64,000 nt of DNA from an uncultured Desulfobacter sp. (GCA_963665095.1 OY762069.1:5696001-5760000); one strand, 5' to 3'. Positions 50,115-59,805 are shown, counted from the first letter of the stretch. Translations and numbers: made by a program. Notes: generated by a model from the letters alone, not told the origin.

Positions 50115-50387
50115 ATGATAATTGGCAAAATAGTTGGGACTGTTGTGGCCACAAGAAAACACGAAGCCCTTGTGGGTAGCAAAATCCAGGTTGTTCAGGT
50201 GCTCAATCCGGACGAGACTGTGGTTAAAGACCAGAGGATCGTGGCCATTGATACGGTGGGTGCCGGGCCTGGAGAGCTTGTGATCCTGACCACCGGAACC
50301 AATGCTGCCAAGGCGGCTGATAACCCTGATGTCCCTGTGGATGCAGCCATTACCGGCATCATTGATGAAATTGATCTGATTGAATAG
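50115..50387 (+). CDS. pduN: BMC pentamer vertex protein (EutN/CcmL/PduN)
   Basis: GKIVGTVVATRK, A.D.VGAG.GE.V, D.AI.GI.D. Confidence 0.92.
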   Translation: MIIGKIVGTVVATRKHEALVGSKIQVVQVLNPDETVVKDQRIVAIDTVGAGPGELVILTTGTNAAKAADNPDVPVDAAITGIIDEIDLIE

Positions 50388-50415
50388 ATCTAATTGAATA
50401 GAAGGACATTTTTCC

Positions 50416-50979
50416 ATGAGTATTTATACCGGCGGCGGAGACAAAGGCAAAACAAGCCTGCTTTCAGGGGAAAGGGTTTCAAAGATTGACCCCATGGTGG
50501 AGGCTTACGGCACCCTTGACGAGCTGACAGCCCAGCTTGGCGTGTGCCGGGCATATCTGGCCCAGGACGAGGCATGCGCCTCTTTTGTCAATGTTATTGT
50601 GGAAATACAAAGAGAACTGTTCCGGGCCGGCATGCAGCTGTCCAGTGTGCCCTCTCACTGGAAAAAACTGTCAGCACCCATTACCATGGACGATGTCAAA
50701 CATCTTGAAAAAATAGTGGATATTCTGGATGAGGCATCCGGACTGCCGCACTTTTTCGTCAGTCCTGGCCGTACCCTTGCCGGCGCTGCTTTTCATGTGG
50801 CCAGGACCGTGTGCCGCAGGGCGGAAAGACGAACCATTACCGCAGCTGCCGGGCACCCGGAGTATGAGTTTGTTTTAAAATATCTGAATCGCTTGTCCGA
50901 CCTCCTATTTTCCCTTTCCTGGGCGGTTGAGACCCGGATTCTCATTACCAGGGAGTTGTCCAATGGAAATCAGCGTTAA
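50416..50979 (+). CDS. pduO: ATP:cob(I)alamin adenosyltransferase (PduO N-domain)
   Basis: IYT.GD.G.T, AYGT.DEL, ARTVCRRAER, YLNRLSD. Confidence 0.93.
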   Translation: MSIYTGGGDKGKTSLLSGERVSKIDPMVEAYGTLDELTAQLGVCRAYLAQDEACASFVNVIVEIQRELFRAGMQLSSVPSHWKKLSAPITMDDVKHLEKIVDILDEASGLPHFFVSPGRTLAGAAFHVARTVCRRAERRTITAAAGHPEYEFVLKYLNRLSDLLFSLSWAVETRILITRELSNGNQR

Positions 50980-51532
50980 TATCAACAATGACCTGGCCCG
51001 GGTGCTGGCCCGCTTTGCCAGGGCAAAGGCCTGTGAAATCAAGGTCCCAATGGTGATCGCCTTTGCGGATGCTGTTGGCGGACTGGTTCATTTCCAGCGT
51101 ATGGACAAGGCATTGCCGGTGAGTTCCGACATTGCCAGGAACAAAGCCTTTACCTCTGCGGCTCTCAGGATTCCCACCCACGTGGTCGGGCCCCTGACCC
51201 AGCCGGGCAAGGAGCTTTACGGCCTTGAACTGACCAACCAGGGAAGACTGGTAATTTTCGGCGGGGGATTTCCCCTGACCTTTTCCGGCCGGGTCATCGG
51301 CGCCATCGGCGTCAGCGGCGGGTCTGTGGATGAGGACATGTCCGTGGCAAAAGCCGCCGTGGATGCCCTGGAACAGATGGAAAAGATCAGCGGCCCTCTG
51401 GCACGGGTGCTGCCTGACACGCCAGGTGAACAGATGCCTGATCTGGCGGTCAGGGTGGCCAAAATGGGGCTGCCCATGGGCATCAGTCCGGATATCATTG
51501 AAGGGGCGTTTTACCTGATAAGTAAATCTTAA
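50963..51532 (+). CDS. GlcG/HbpS heme-binding protein (PduO C-domain, separate gene)
   Basis: D..G......RMD.A...S..IA..KAFT, GGG.P, IGAIGVSGG...ED. Confidence 0.88.
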   Translation: MEISVNINNDLARVLARFARAKACEIKVPMVIAFADAVGGLVHFQRMDKALPVSSDIARNKAFTSAALRIPTHVVGPLTQPGKELYGLELTNQGRLVIFGGGFPLTFSGRVIGAIGVSGGSVDEDMSVAKAAVDALEQMEKISGPLARVLPDTPGEQMPDLAVRVAKMGLPMGISPDIIEGAFYLISKS

Positions 51533-51634
51533 AACTATATATATTCTGTTTGGGTAACTTCTCACTCAAACACAAAAAAGATCACCGGCGCCCCCTTTGA
51601 GGCAGATACGGTGTGATCGGCACAAGGAGAAAAC

Positions 51635-53083
51635 ATGAGTGAAAATTTAAGCAGCGTCAGCGTCAACGAAAACGTACTGGAAAAAATGATCACCAACGTA
51701 TTCATGGACATGATGAAGGAAAAGGTGAACGGAAAAACACCGGTTGCCGCCAAAGAAGGCAAGGTGTGTGACGGCCTGTTTGACACCGTTGATGAAGCGG
51801 TGGCCGCAGCCAAAGCAGCCCAGAAGCGCCTGGTTTCCCTCTCCCTTGAAAAACGGGAAGTGATCATTGGTGCTGTCCGCAGGGTGAGCCTGGAGAACAA
51901 CAAAGCCTGGGCCCAAGCCACTGTGGAAGAGACCACCTTCGGCCGTGTGGAGGACAAGATCCAGGAGAACATTCTGGCGGCCACAAAAACGCCGGGCACC
52001 GAAGATCTGGTGGCCTGGGCCAAATCCGGGGATTGCGGCCTGACGCTGGTTGAGTACGGTCCATATGGCGTTATCGGCGCCATCACGCCCACCACCAACG
52101 CCACCGGCACCCTGATTCACAACACCATCTCCATGATTGCCGGCGGAAACACCGTGGTTTACAATGTCCATCCCTCTGCCGTCAACATCAGTATTGAAGT
52201 GATAAAATGCCTTCATAAGGCCATTGTGGACGCCGGCGGACCTGAAGGCTGCATCGGCATGGTCCGCAAGCCCACCATGGACACGGCCTCAGAACTGATG
52301 CACCACAAGGATATTAAACTGCTGGCAGCCACCGGCGGTCCCGGTGTTGTCGATGCGGTGCTTCGCTCCGGGAAAAAAGCCATTGGCGCCGGGGCCGGCA
52401 ACCCGCCGGTTGTTGTGGATGAGACTGCCTGTATCCGCAGGGCAGCCGAAGATATCATCAACGGCCACTCCATTAACAACAACATCTTCTGCATCTCTGA
52501 AAAAGAGGTGCTTGCGGTGGATGAGATCGCAGACACTCTGATCAAGTTCATGGCGGAAACCGGCAAAGCTGCAATATTGACAGAAGAAGAAGCAGACCTG
52601 GTTACCAAACTCGTTGTCAACGGCAAGGAAATTAACAGAAAGTTTGTGGGAAAAAATGTTCAGGTGATCCTTGATGCTGCCGGTGTCACCCGGTTTTCAG
52701 GAAATGAGAAACTGCGCTGCGCCGTGTTTGAAGCAGATAAAAGCCATCCCCTGGTATGGATTGAACAGCTCATGCCTGTTCTGCCTGTGGTCCGGGTTAA
52801 AGATGTCTGGGAAGGCATTGATCTGGCTGTGGAAGTGGAACAGGGCAACCGCCATACTGCCATGATGCACTCCACCAATGTGGAACATCTGACAGCCATG
52901 GCCCGGGTGATTGAAACCACTATTTTTGTTAAAAACGGTCCCTCTTACAACGGCATCGGTTTCGGTGGCGAAGGCCATACCACCTTTACCATTGCAGGCC
53001 CCACCGGCGAGGGCATTACCTCTGCCAGGTCTTTCTGCAGGCAGCGCCGGTGTGTACTCAAAGACGGCTTCCGCATTGTTTAA
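51635..53083 (+). CDS. pduP: CoA-acylating aldehyde dehydrogenase with encapsulation peptide
   Basis: PYGVIGAI.P.TN, ATGGPGVV, GAGAGNPP, NNI.C..EK, E.LMP, TFTIA.PTGEG. Confidence 0.95.
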   Translation: MSENLSSVSVNENVLEKMITNVFMDMMKEKVNGKTPVAAKEGKVCDGLFDTVDEAVAAAKAAQKRLVSLSLEKREVIIGAVRRVSLENNKAWAQATVEETTFGRVEDKIQENILAATKTPGTEDLVAWAKSGDCGLTLVEYGPYGVIGAITPTTNATGTLIHNTISMIAGGNTVVYNVHPSAVNISIEVIKCLHKAIVDAGGPEGCIGMVRKPTMDTASELMHHKDIKLLAATGGPGVVDAVLRSGKKAIGAGAGNPPVVVDETACIRRAAEDIINGHSINNNIFCISEKEVLAVDEIADTLIKFMAETGKAAILTEEEADLVTKLVVNGKEINRKFVGKNVQVILDAAGVTRFSGNEKLRCAVFEADKSHPLVWIEQLMPVLPVVRVKDVWEGIDLAVEVEQGNRHTAMMHSTNVEHLTAMARVIETTIFVKNGPSYNGIGFGGEGHTTFTIAGPTGEGITSARSFCRQRRCVLKDGFRIV

Positions 53084-53120
53084 GGTTTAGGTACGAGTCA
53101 CCTGTGAAAGGATTCATCCA

Positions 53121-54467
53121 ATGACACATCCGCTTGTGGAAAAAATAAAGGCTGCCGGCGTGGTGGGCGGTGGCGGCGCGGGATTTCCCACCCATGTGAA
53201 GGTGAATGCCAAGGCAGACACGGTTCTGATCAACGGTGCCTCCTGCGAACCTTTGCTGGAATCCGACATCTATCTGATGGAAAACTTCGGCGACCAGATG
53301 ATCCAGGGCCTTGCCCTGGTCATGGACGCCGTGGGCGCAGATACCGGCAAGATCGGCATCAAGGCCAAGCACGAAAAGGCTGTGGCCATTCTGGAAAAAC
53401 ATGTAAAAAACAAGAGCCTTACCCTGGGCCGCAATATCACTGTATTCCCCATGAGGGATTTTTATCCGGCAGGGGATGAACATGTTCTGGTCAATGAGGC
53501 CACCGGACGTATCGTCCCCCAGGGCGGTCTTCCCCTGGAAGTGGGCGCCGTGGTCTCCAACTCCGAGTCCATGTACAACATTTTTCATGCATCCAGTGAC
53601 GCACCTGTTACGCACAGGACCCTGAATGTGGCAGGAGAGGTCAATAAGCCCATTGTGTTACGGGTGCCGGTTGGGACCCCGATTGCTCATGTGATCAAAC
53701 TTGCCGGCGGCATGCGCCGCCCCGGCTGCCGGGTGATTGACGGCGGTCCCATGATGGGGCATGTGCTGGATGACCCGGACAAGGCCTTTGTCACCAAGAC
53801 CACCTCCGGCATTATTGTGCTTCCGGCAGATCATAATGTAATCAAGGGCAAGGTGACAGATATCAGTCAGCTTCTGCGCATCACGGATCTTGCCTGCTGC
53901 CAGTGTACCCTTTGCACCGAGCTTTGTCCGCGGTATCAGCTGGGCCATAATCTTCATCCCCATCTGATCATGCGCTCCATTGCCCTGCCCGATGACCACC
54001 CCATTAAAAAGCAGGCGCTGCTCTGCTCTGAATGCGGGATCTGTGAAAAATGGGCCTGCCCCCTTGGCCTCTCCCCCAGGGAGGTCAACCGGGCCATCAA
54101 GCGGTCCCAGAAAATCCGCCCCAATGAAGTGGGCGGGGCAAACCTTGACCGGCATCCGTTTACAGACATGCGCAGGGTACCTGTGCAGCGGCTTCTGGCA
54201 AAGCTCGATCTTCTGGCTTATAAGGTCCATCCCACGCCGGTGACAGAGGTTGAGGAGCCTGAGCTTGTGGGCCTGTATTTAAGACAGCACATTGGCGCGC
54301 CGGCTGTTGCCATTGTTAAACCTGGCGATGCGGTCACCTGTGGCCAGGTGGTTGCCGAAATACCGGAAAAAGCGCTGGGCGCCAGGATCCATGCATCAGT
54401 GACAGGACAGGTTGTTGACGTGGATGCGGAAAAGATTCTTGTGAAAAAGGAGAATACCAATGTTTAA
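53121..54467 (+). CDS. pduS: Cobalamin reductase / RnfC-like Fe-S flavoprotein
   Basis: AGVVG.GGAGFPTHVK, N...CEP, GGPMMG, two 4Fe-4S motifs, QHIGAP. Confidence 0.92.
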   Translation: MTHPLVEKIKAAGVVGGGGAGFPTHVKVNAKADTVLINGASCEPLLESDIYLMENFGDQMIQGLALVMDAVGADTGKIGIKAKHEKAVAILEKHVKNKSLTLGRNITVFPMRDFYPAGDEHVLVNEATGRIVPQGGLPLEVGAVVSNSESMYNIFHASSDAPVTHRTLNVAGEVNKPIVLRVPVGTPIAHVIKLAGGMRRPGCRVIDGGPMMGHVLDDPDKAFVTKTTSGIIVLPADHNVIKGKVTDISQLLRITDLACCQCTLCTELCPRYQLGHNLHPHLIMRSIALPDDHPIKKQALLCSECGICEKWACPLGLSPREVNRAIKRSQKIRPNEVGGANLDRHPFTDMRRVPVQRLLAKLDLLAYKVHPTPVTEVEEPELVGLYLRQHIGAPAVAIVKPGDAVTCGQVVAEIPEKALGARIHASVTGQVVDVDAEKILVKKENTNV

Positions 54468-55011
54468 GTCAATGGGGTTATTGGAACTCAACAGCGTGGC
54501 CAGGGGCATCCTCACTGCCGATGAAATGGTCAAGGAGGCCACAGTGGATCTGGTCATGGCCCGTCCTGTCTGCCCCGGGCGCTACCTGATCATGGTGTCA
54601 GGGGAGACGGCAGCGGTAAAGCGTTCTGTGGATAAAGGCAAGATCATGGCCGAGCAGTTCATCGCGGATTATTTTGTGCTCACCCATATTCACGAGGCTG
54701 TTTTTCCTGCCATCAGCGGCGCCACGATCATAGGCGAAATCAGTGCCATCGGCGTTATTGAGACCTACTCCTCCTCATCCGCTGTTGTGGCAGCGGACAA
54801 GGCTGTAAAAGCTGCCAATGTGGAACTGGTGAATATCCGCCTGGCATCAGGCCTTGCCGGTAAGGCCGTGGTGACGCTGACCGGAAAGATTGCGGCTGTA
54901 AAAGCCGCTGTTGAATCCGGCTGCAAGATGTTAGAGGAGACAGGGCTGCTTGTGGCGCAGTCTGTTCTCTCTTCACCCAGCGAAGAGATGAAAAAACAGA
55001 TTTTATTATAA
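54460..55011 (+). CDS. pduT: BMC trimer shell protein, Fe-S binding
   Basis: E..S.A.G....D.M.K, CPGRY, AD.AVKAANV, GLAGK. Confidence 0.92.
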   Translation: MFKSMGLLELNSVARGILTADEMVKEATVDLVMARPVCPGRYLIMVSGETAAVKRSVDKGKIMAEQFIADYFVLTHIHEAVFPAISGATIIGEISAIGVIETYSSSSAVVAADKAVKAANVELVNIRLASGLAGKAVVTLTGKIAAVKAAVESGCKMLEETGLLVAQSVLSSPSEEMKKQILL

Positions 55012-55022
55012 CAGGCTTAATT

Positions 55023-57269
55023 ATGATAGATTTAGACGCGCTTTTGGACCAACAGCTCAACGGGTTGCTTTCAACCCCGGGCAGCGTCAAACCGGTGATT
55101 GTTTTCCCCGAGGCCAATGACCCCAGGATCATCGCTGCAGCCTCGGGCCTTGTGAACCAGGCCCGGGTGGTACTTATCGGAGATATCGTTGAAATCCGGG
55201 CCCTGTGTGATTATAAAAGCGCTGAACTGCTCTGCCCCCGGGATAAGTTTTTCAATAAGGTGCAGGTGGTCAATCCGGGAACCAGTGACCTGGCCCCTGA
55301 GCTGGCACTGGGCCTGATTGAGGCCTCCAAAGGTCGGAAATGGGAATTTACGCCTGAAGAAGCAGCCAGAAAAATATTAAATCCGGTGTTCTTCGGGGCC
55401 ATGCTGGTACGCAAAGGATATGCAGATGCCTGTCTTGGCGGTGTGGCCAACTCCACCAAGGATTTTCTGGCCCCCTGTCTGCGGCTGATAAAATCCAATG
55501 GCACTGCCTTTGAGATGGGCCTGTTCTGCCTGCCGGACCAGGATCCCCAGTTGTGGGAAAACCATGCGGTGATGTTTGCCGATGTGGCGTTGAACCTGAA
55601 ACCGTCGGCCGAGCAGCTGGCTGATATTGCAGTAGGCGCCTGTAAAACAATGCGGGATGTGTTTCCTGTTTCGGTCTTGTCCGAAATCAACGGGGCCATG
55701 ATCTCCTACTCCACCAAGGGGTCAGGGCAGGGGCCAACGGTTTCAACCATCCGAGAGGCTGAACCGCTGGCCGCTGAGAAGCTGACTGCCCTGAAACAGG
55801 CTGATCCGGTGTACGACAGTATCTCCATTACCAGTGAACTGCAGATCTCCGTGGCCCTGTCCAGGGAGGCTGCTGAAGTCAAGCTCAAGAACCGGATCGA
55901 GGAATTCCAGGCCGCAGGCAAGGCCAATGTACTGATTGTGCCGGGGCTTGACGAAGGCAATATGCTCTACCATCTGTTCAACACCCAGTATCCCGCGGCC
56001 CAGAGTTCTCTCATCATGGGCGGCATGGACGGGCAGGTGCTGGATTACTCCCGGGGCTCCAGCGTGGTTCAGGTGATCAGGGGCGCAAAGCTTTTGCTGC
56101 TGACCCGGATCAAGGCTTCCAAGCCGCTGGTCAGGACCTCCCCGTTATTTCCCAGTCCCAGAATCCTGACGCTGAATCCCGGTTCCGTATCCACCCATGT
56201 GGCGGTGTTTGACGGCGAAATCACCATACTCAACACCGTGATTGAACATGCGGCCTCCCAGTCCGGTGACGGGGCTGATCCCTGCATCCGGGCCCGCGAA
56301 CGCTTAAAAGATGTCAAGATAGTGCTGGAGAAAAACCAGATCAGCCCGGACGCCTTTGCCATGATCATGTCCAGGGGCGGCATGCTGGCTGATGCCAGTG
56401 CCGGGGTATATGAAATTACCCCTGAGGTGCTGGTTGCCCTCAAAGATAATGCCATTGAGGATCATCCTGCCAATTACGGCCCGTTCATGGCAAGGCAGAT
56501 GTCCTGCCAGGGAACCATCCCCGCCTACATGGTGGACTGCCCCTCCATTAATGAATTGTCCGACGAGTACCGGCTGACCGGCATCAAGGGCCTTGAGAAG
56601 ACTCCCATCTGGCATGCATTGTCCCAGCGCCAGGCAGTGCGCATGTATGCGGATATGGCCAATGAAAGGGAACAGGACCTTAATCTGATTGTGGCCCACT
56701 TAGGATCGGGCATCTCCATCGGGTCCCACAAAAAGGGGCGGTGCATTCATGTGGAAAATGCTATTTTTGACGGTCCCATGGGGCCGTCCAGGGTGGGCAG
56801 CCTGCCGGTGGAAGCCGTTATTGAGCTGTGCTATGCCGGTATTGATAAAAATGTCCTCAAAAAGATGCTCAGCGGTGCCGGCGGTCTTTCCAGCTATTTC
56901 GGCACCCATGACATGAGACAGATTCAGGAGATGCTTCAGGCTGATCCTGAAGTTGACAAGGTTGTTTCTGCCCTGGCTGCGGGCATTGCCGCCCAGATTC
57001 TTTCCCGGCTCTCTGATTTTTCACCTGAAATCTGCGACCAGATTCTTCTGACCGGCCGCCTGTGCCTCTCTTCTCTCCTGCTGGATAAAATTCTTGAAAA
57101 GCTGACAGTGGTCTGCGACAAGATCACTGTCTTTCCGGGATCCTTTGAGGCCGAGGCGCTTAGAGATGCGGCCATGCGCGTGTACAAAGGTATTGAACAT
57201 GTGCATAAACTTGCTCCCATGGATAAAGTCGTATGGGAAGCATATAAGCGCCAATGCGAAAACATTTAA
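55023..57269 (+). CDS. Phosphotransacylase (PTA/PTB) - butyrate kinase fusion
   Basis: N half VFPE..D.R, FAD, SYSTKGS, ANVL..P.L..GN, D.SRG; C half NPGS.ST, RGG, HAL.Q, VAHLG.GIS, GP..P.R.G.LP. Confidence 0.85.
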   Translation: MIDLDALLDQQLNGLLSTPGSVKPVIVFPEANDPRIIAAASGLVNQARVVLIGDIVEIRALCDYKSAELLCPRDKFFNKVQVVNPGTSDLAPELALGLIEASKGRKWEFTPEEAARKILNPVFFGAMLVRKGYADACLGGVANSTKDFLAPCLRLIKSNGTAFEMGLFCLPDQDPQLWENHAVMFADVALNLKPSAEQLADIAVGACKTMRDVFPVSVLSEINGAMISYSTKGSGQGPTVSTIREAEPLAAEKLTALKQADPVYDSISITSELQISVALSREAAEVKLKNRIEEFQAAGKANVLIVPGLDEGNMLYHLFNTQYPAAQSSLIMGGMDGQVLDYSRGSSVVQVIRGAKLLLLTRIKASKPLVRTSPLFPSPRILTLNPGSVSTHVAVFDGEITILNTVIEHAASQSGDGADPCIRARERLKDVKIVLEKNQISPDAFAMIMSRGGMLADASAGVYEITPEVLVALKDNAIEDHPANYGPFMARQMSCQGTIPAYMVDCPSINELSDEYRLTGIKGLEKTPIWHALSQRQAVRMYADMANEREQDLNLIVAHLGSGISIGSHKKGRCIHVENAIFDGPMGPSRVGSLPVEAVIELCYAGIDKNVLKKMLSGAGGLSSYFGTHDMRQIQEMLQADPEVDKVVSALAAGIAAQILSRLSDFSPEICDQILLTGRLCLSSLLLDKILEKLTVVCDKITVFPGSFEAEALRDAAMRVYKGIEHVHKLAPMDKVVWEAYKRQCENI

Positions 57270-57284
57270 TTGAAAGTTGCAAAA

Positions 57285-58493
57285 ATGAAAGTACTTGTTA
57301 TCAATTCAGGCAGTTCCTCCCTGAAGTATAAAATGTTCGATATGGGTGGACCCAGGGTGATCTGTTCCGGCCTGATTGAACGCATTGGCAGTCCGGAAAG
57401 CTGCCTGACCCATTGCCGGTATACAGATGACGGCCCTGGAGAGAAAATCCAGATATTCGAAAATTTTGACAATCACACCAAGGCCATCCAGAAGGTGGCC
57501 TCTTTACTGATGGACGGGGATGATCCGCTGATCAAGTCAGCAGACGACCTGGCCGCCATCGGACACCGGGTGGCCCAGGGCGGTGAAATTTTCCACAAAA
57601 ATTGTATTGTGGACGCCAGGGCCATTGAGGGTATCCGGGACAATATTGTACTGGCACCGCTGCATAACCCGGCCAATCTGTCCGGCATTGAAGCGGCCAT
57701 GGAGATGTTTCCCTCAGTGCCGTCTGTGGCGGTGTTTGACACACTTTTTGCCAGCAGTATTCCCGATTATGTTTACCGGTATGCACTGCCGTCATCCTAT
57801 TACAGTGATTACAAGGTCAGGCGGTATGGCTTCCACGGCACCTCCCATGCATTTGTCACCCGTAAACTGGCACAGCTCATGGGAAAGCCTGTTGAAGAGA
57901 TGGACAATATCGTCTGCCACCTTGGCAACGGCAGTTCCATGACTGCGGTTAAAGGCGGGGTATGCCAGGAGACTTCCATGGGCATGACGCCGACGGCCGG
58001 CCTGATTATGGGGACCCGGTGCGGGGATATTGACCCTTCCCTGCCGGCGTATATTGCCTCATGTACCGACCAGACAGCCGCTGAAGTCCAGACCATTCTG
58101 GACCGGGAAAGCGGGCTTGCTGGGGTGTGCGGCATGAATGATATGCGTGATATCCACAAGGCCATGGCTTCCGGGGATGACAATGCCCGGCTGGCCTTTG
58201 AGATGCTTTGTCACGGCATTAAGAAGTTTATCGGTGCCTACTATGCAGTACTTGGCCGTCTTGATGCCATTGCCTTTACCGCCGGCATCGGTGAAAATGA
58301 CACCGAAGTCCGGGGCAAATCCCTGGAAGGGCTTGAAAATCTCGGGATCATAGTTGACCGGGAAGCCAATGCCGGCTTAAGGGGAAAGTCCGGCCGGATT
58401 TCAACCAAAGAGAGCGCCGTGGAAGTCTGGGTCGTGCCCACGGATGAAGAACTTGAGATTGCTTCCATCAGCCGGGACCTTGTAAATGCATAA
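57285..58493 (+). CDS. ackA: Acetate/propionate kinase
   Basis: INSGSSSLKY, GHR, APLHNP, VFDT, YGFHGTSH, HLGNG, GTRCGD, FTAGIGEN, PTDEE. Confidence 0.93.
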   Translation: MKVLVINSGSSSLKYKMFDMGGPRVICSGLIERIGSPESCLTHCRYTDDGPGEKIQIFENFDNHTKAIQKVASLLMDGDDPLIKSADDLAAIGHRVAQGGEIFHKNCIVDARAIEGIRDNIVLAPLHNPANLSGIEAAMEMFPSVPSVAVFDTLFASSIPDYVYRYALPSSYYSDYKVRRYGFHGTSHAFVTRKLAQLMGKPVEEMDNIVCHLGNGSSMTAVKGGVCQETSMGMTPTAGLIMGTRCGDIDPSLPAYIASCTDQTAAEVQTILDRESGLAGVCGMNDMRDIHKAMASGDDNARLAFEMLCHGIKKFIGAYYAVLGRLDAIAFTAGIGENDTEVRGKSLEGLENLGIIVDREANAGLRGKSGRISTKESAVEVWVVPTDEELEIASISRDLVNA

Positions 58494-58639
58494 ATTACCA
58501 AAAGGTCATACTGGGGTCATGTGACAGTTATATTGACGTGATAAAAGATAAGACGTTGCTGGATGTGGTAAAAAGCACACTGATTGTCAGAAGGCAATAA
58601 CCATATTAATTCAGCACTCTTTCTTCTTTTCTTTTCCTT

Positions 58640-58689
58640 CCCGGGGGGTGGTTGCACAGTAGGGTGTAACCACCCCCCGGGTTTGTTTT
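58640..58689 (+). terminator. Rho-independent terminator of the BMC operon
   Basis: CCCGGGGGGTGGTTGCAC/GTGTAACCACCCCCCGGG followed by TTTGTTTT. Confidence 0.75.
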
Positions 58690-58814
58690 ATGCTTGAACA
58701 GAAAGTTACCCGCCTGCGGCGTTGCATAATAGTTTACAATCCTCACAACCGGGAGGTTGCTTCGGTTGTAAACTATTATGCGCCTTGCATCTGGGCAACT
58801 TTCTGTCCAAACAC
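58690..58814 (-). repeat. ~125 bp inverted-repeat element, copy 3 (inverted)
   Basis: Reverse complement reads GTGTTTGGACAGAAAGTTGCCCAGATGCAAGGCGCA..GTGAGGATT..GCAACGCCGCAGGCGG. Confidence 0.85.
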
Positions 58815-58918
58815 CGGGCAGGGCGTAATTTGTGAAAAGCCGGTAAGTTTGGTGCCGGTAAGTTTGATGTTGGATAGATAATACAAAAATGTAGGATAAT
58901 GTGGGTGTTCAGGGTGTC

Positions 58919-59296
58919 TTACATTGTTCTGGCAAGGGCGAATCCGATCCATACGGCAATGAGTCCGGCGGTTAACTGAACAAGGCCGTTTAATAGCGCC
59001 ATGCCGGTCTGGCCGCTGCGGATATATAAAAACAGCTCGAATCCAAAGGTTGAGAAGGTTGTAAAACCGCCGAGAAAACCGGTAAATAAAAGCACCCTGA
59101 TCTCCGGGGAGAATATGTCCCGCGTGTCGGCAACTCCGCCTAAAAGCCCAATGATGAAACATCCCAGAACATTAACGGTAATGGTGCCCCACGGAAGCCG
59201 GGCATCTTTAAGTGCGATGACATACGCTTCATATACCATATATCGGCACATGGCGCCCATAGCACCGCCTAAGCCGACCATTGCTAATTTGATCAT
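58919..59296 (-). CDS. crcB: Fluoride efflux channel CrcB/FluC
   Basis: GGA.GA..RY, PWGT..VN..G.F, TGFLGGFTTFSTF. Confidence 0.95.
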   Translation of the reverse strand: MIKLAMVGLGGAMGAMCRYMVYEAYVIALKDARLPWGTITVNVLGCFIIGLLGGVADTRDIFSPEIRVLLFTGFLGGFTTFSTFGFELFLYIRSGQTGMALLNGLVQLTAGLIAVWIGFALARTM

Positions 59297-59502
59297 TTAT
59301 TCATTAACCTGTTGCTTTGAGTATTATCGTTTATGGTTTGCGCATAAGCCAATGTCACACAGCCATTTTTAAAATAAATCCAGTATGAATACCACCCTTT
59401 TATCAGTGTGCTTTGGGCCGCATTGTCTGTGGGTTGGAGAAATCATACAATTATGTATTTTATTGTATTCTGGAATGGTGATAGCTTCCTGTATTTTATA
59501 AT

Positions 59503-59540
59503 AAAAAACGCCGGAAAGGTCCAGAACCTTTCCGGCGTTC
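59503..59540 (-). terminator. Terminator after the 59605 gene
   Basis: AACGCCGGAAAGGT/ACCTTTCCGGCGTT with U-tract on the minus strand. Confidence 0.65.
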
Positions 59541-59604
59541 TTGTATTCAAGAATCCCCGGACAAATACAAGCATATCCGGGGGAACGTAATAAAGACTGC
59601 GGGC

Positions 59605-59805
59605 TTATCCGATTTTCAGCTGAATATTATGGGAGGCCATGGTACGGGTAACAGCCCGGTTCATCTCTTCAGGCGCCAGGTTTGATACATATTTCCCGTT
59701 CATTTCGCTGATCTCAATGCCATCAATGGTTTTGCGTGTCAGTTTAAGCAGTACACCAAGCCCAAAGGTCTTTTTTACCTCAAATACGTTTTTGTTGCTG
59801 TCCAT
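59605..59805 (-). CDS. Small hypothetical protein
   Basis: 66 aa, AAGGA RBS, own terminator. Confidence 0.6.
   Translation of the reverse strand: MDSNKNVFEVKKTFGLGVLLKLTRKTIDGIEISEMNGKYVSNLAPEEMNRAVTRTMASHNIQLKIG

Noticed and set aside
58919..59296. crcB as evidence that the BMC defluorinates substrates
   Set aside because: Convergent orientation, separated by a terminator and a repeat; crcB is common, so adjacency is uninformative
59297..59500. Fluoride riboswitch upstream of crcB
   Set aside because: No GGxGAUG...GCUGAUG.CUCCU consensus on the crcB strand; the only weak resemblance is on the opposite strand
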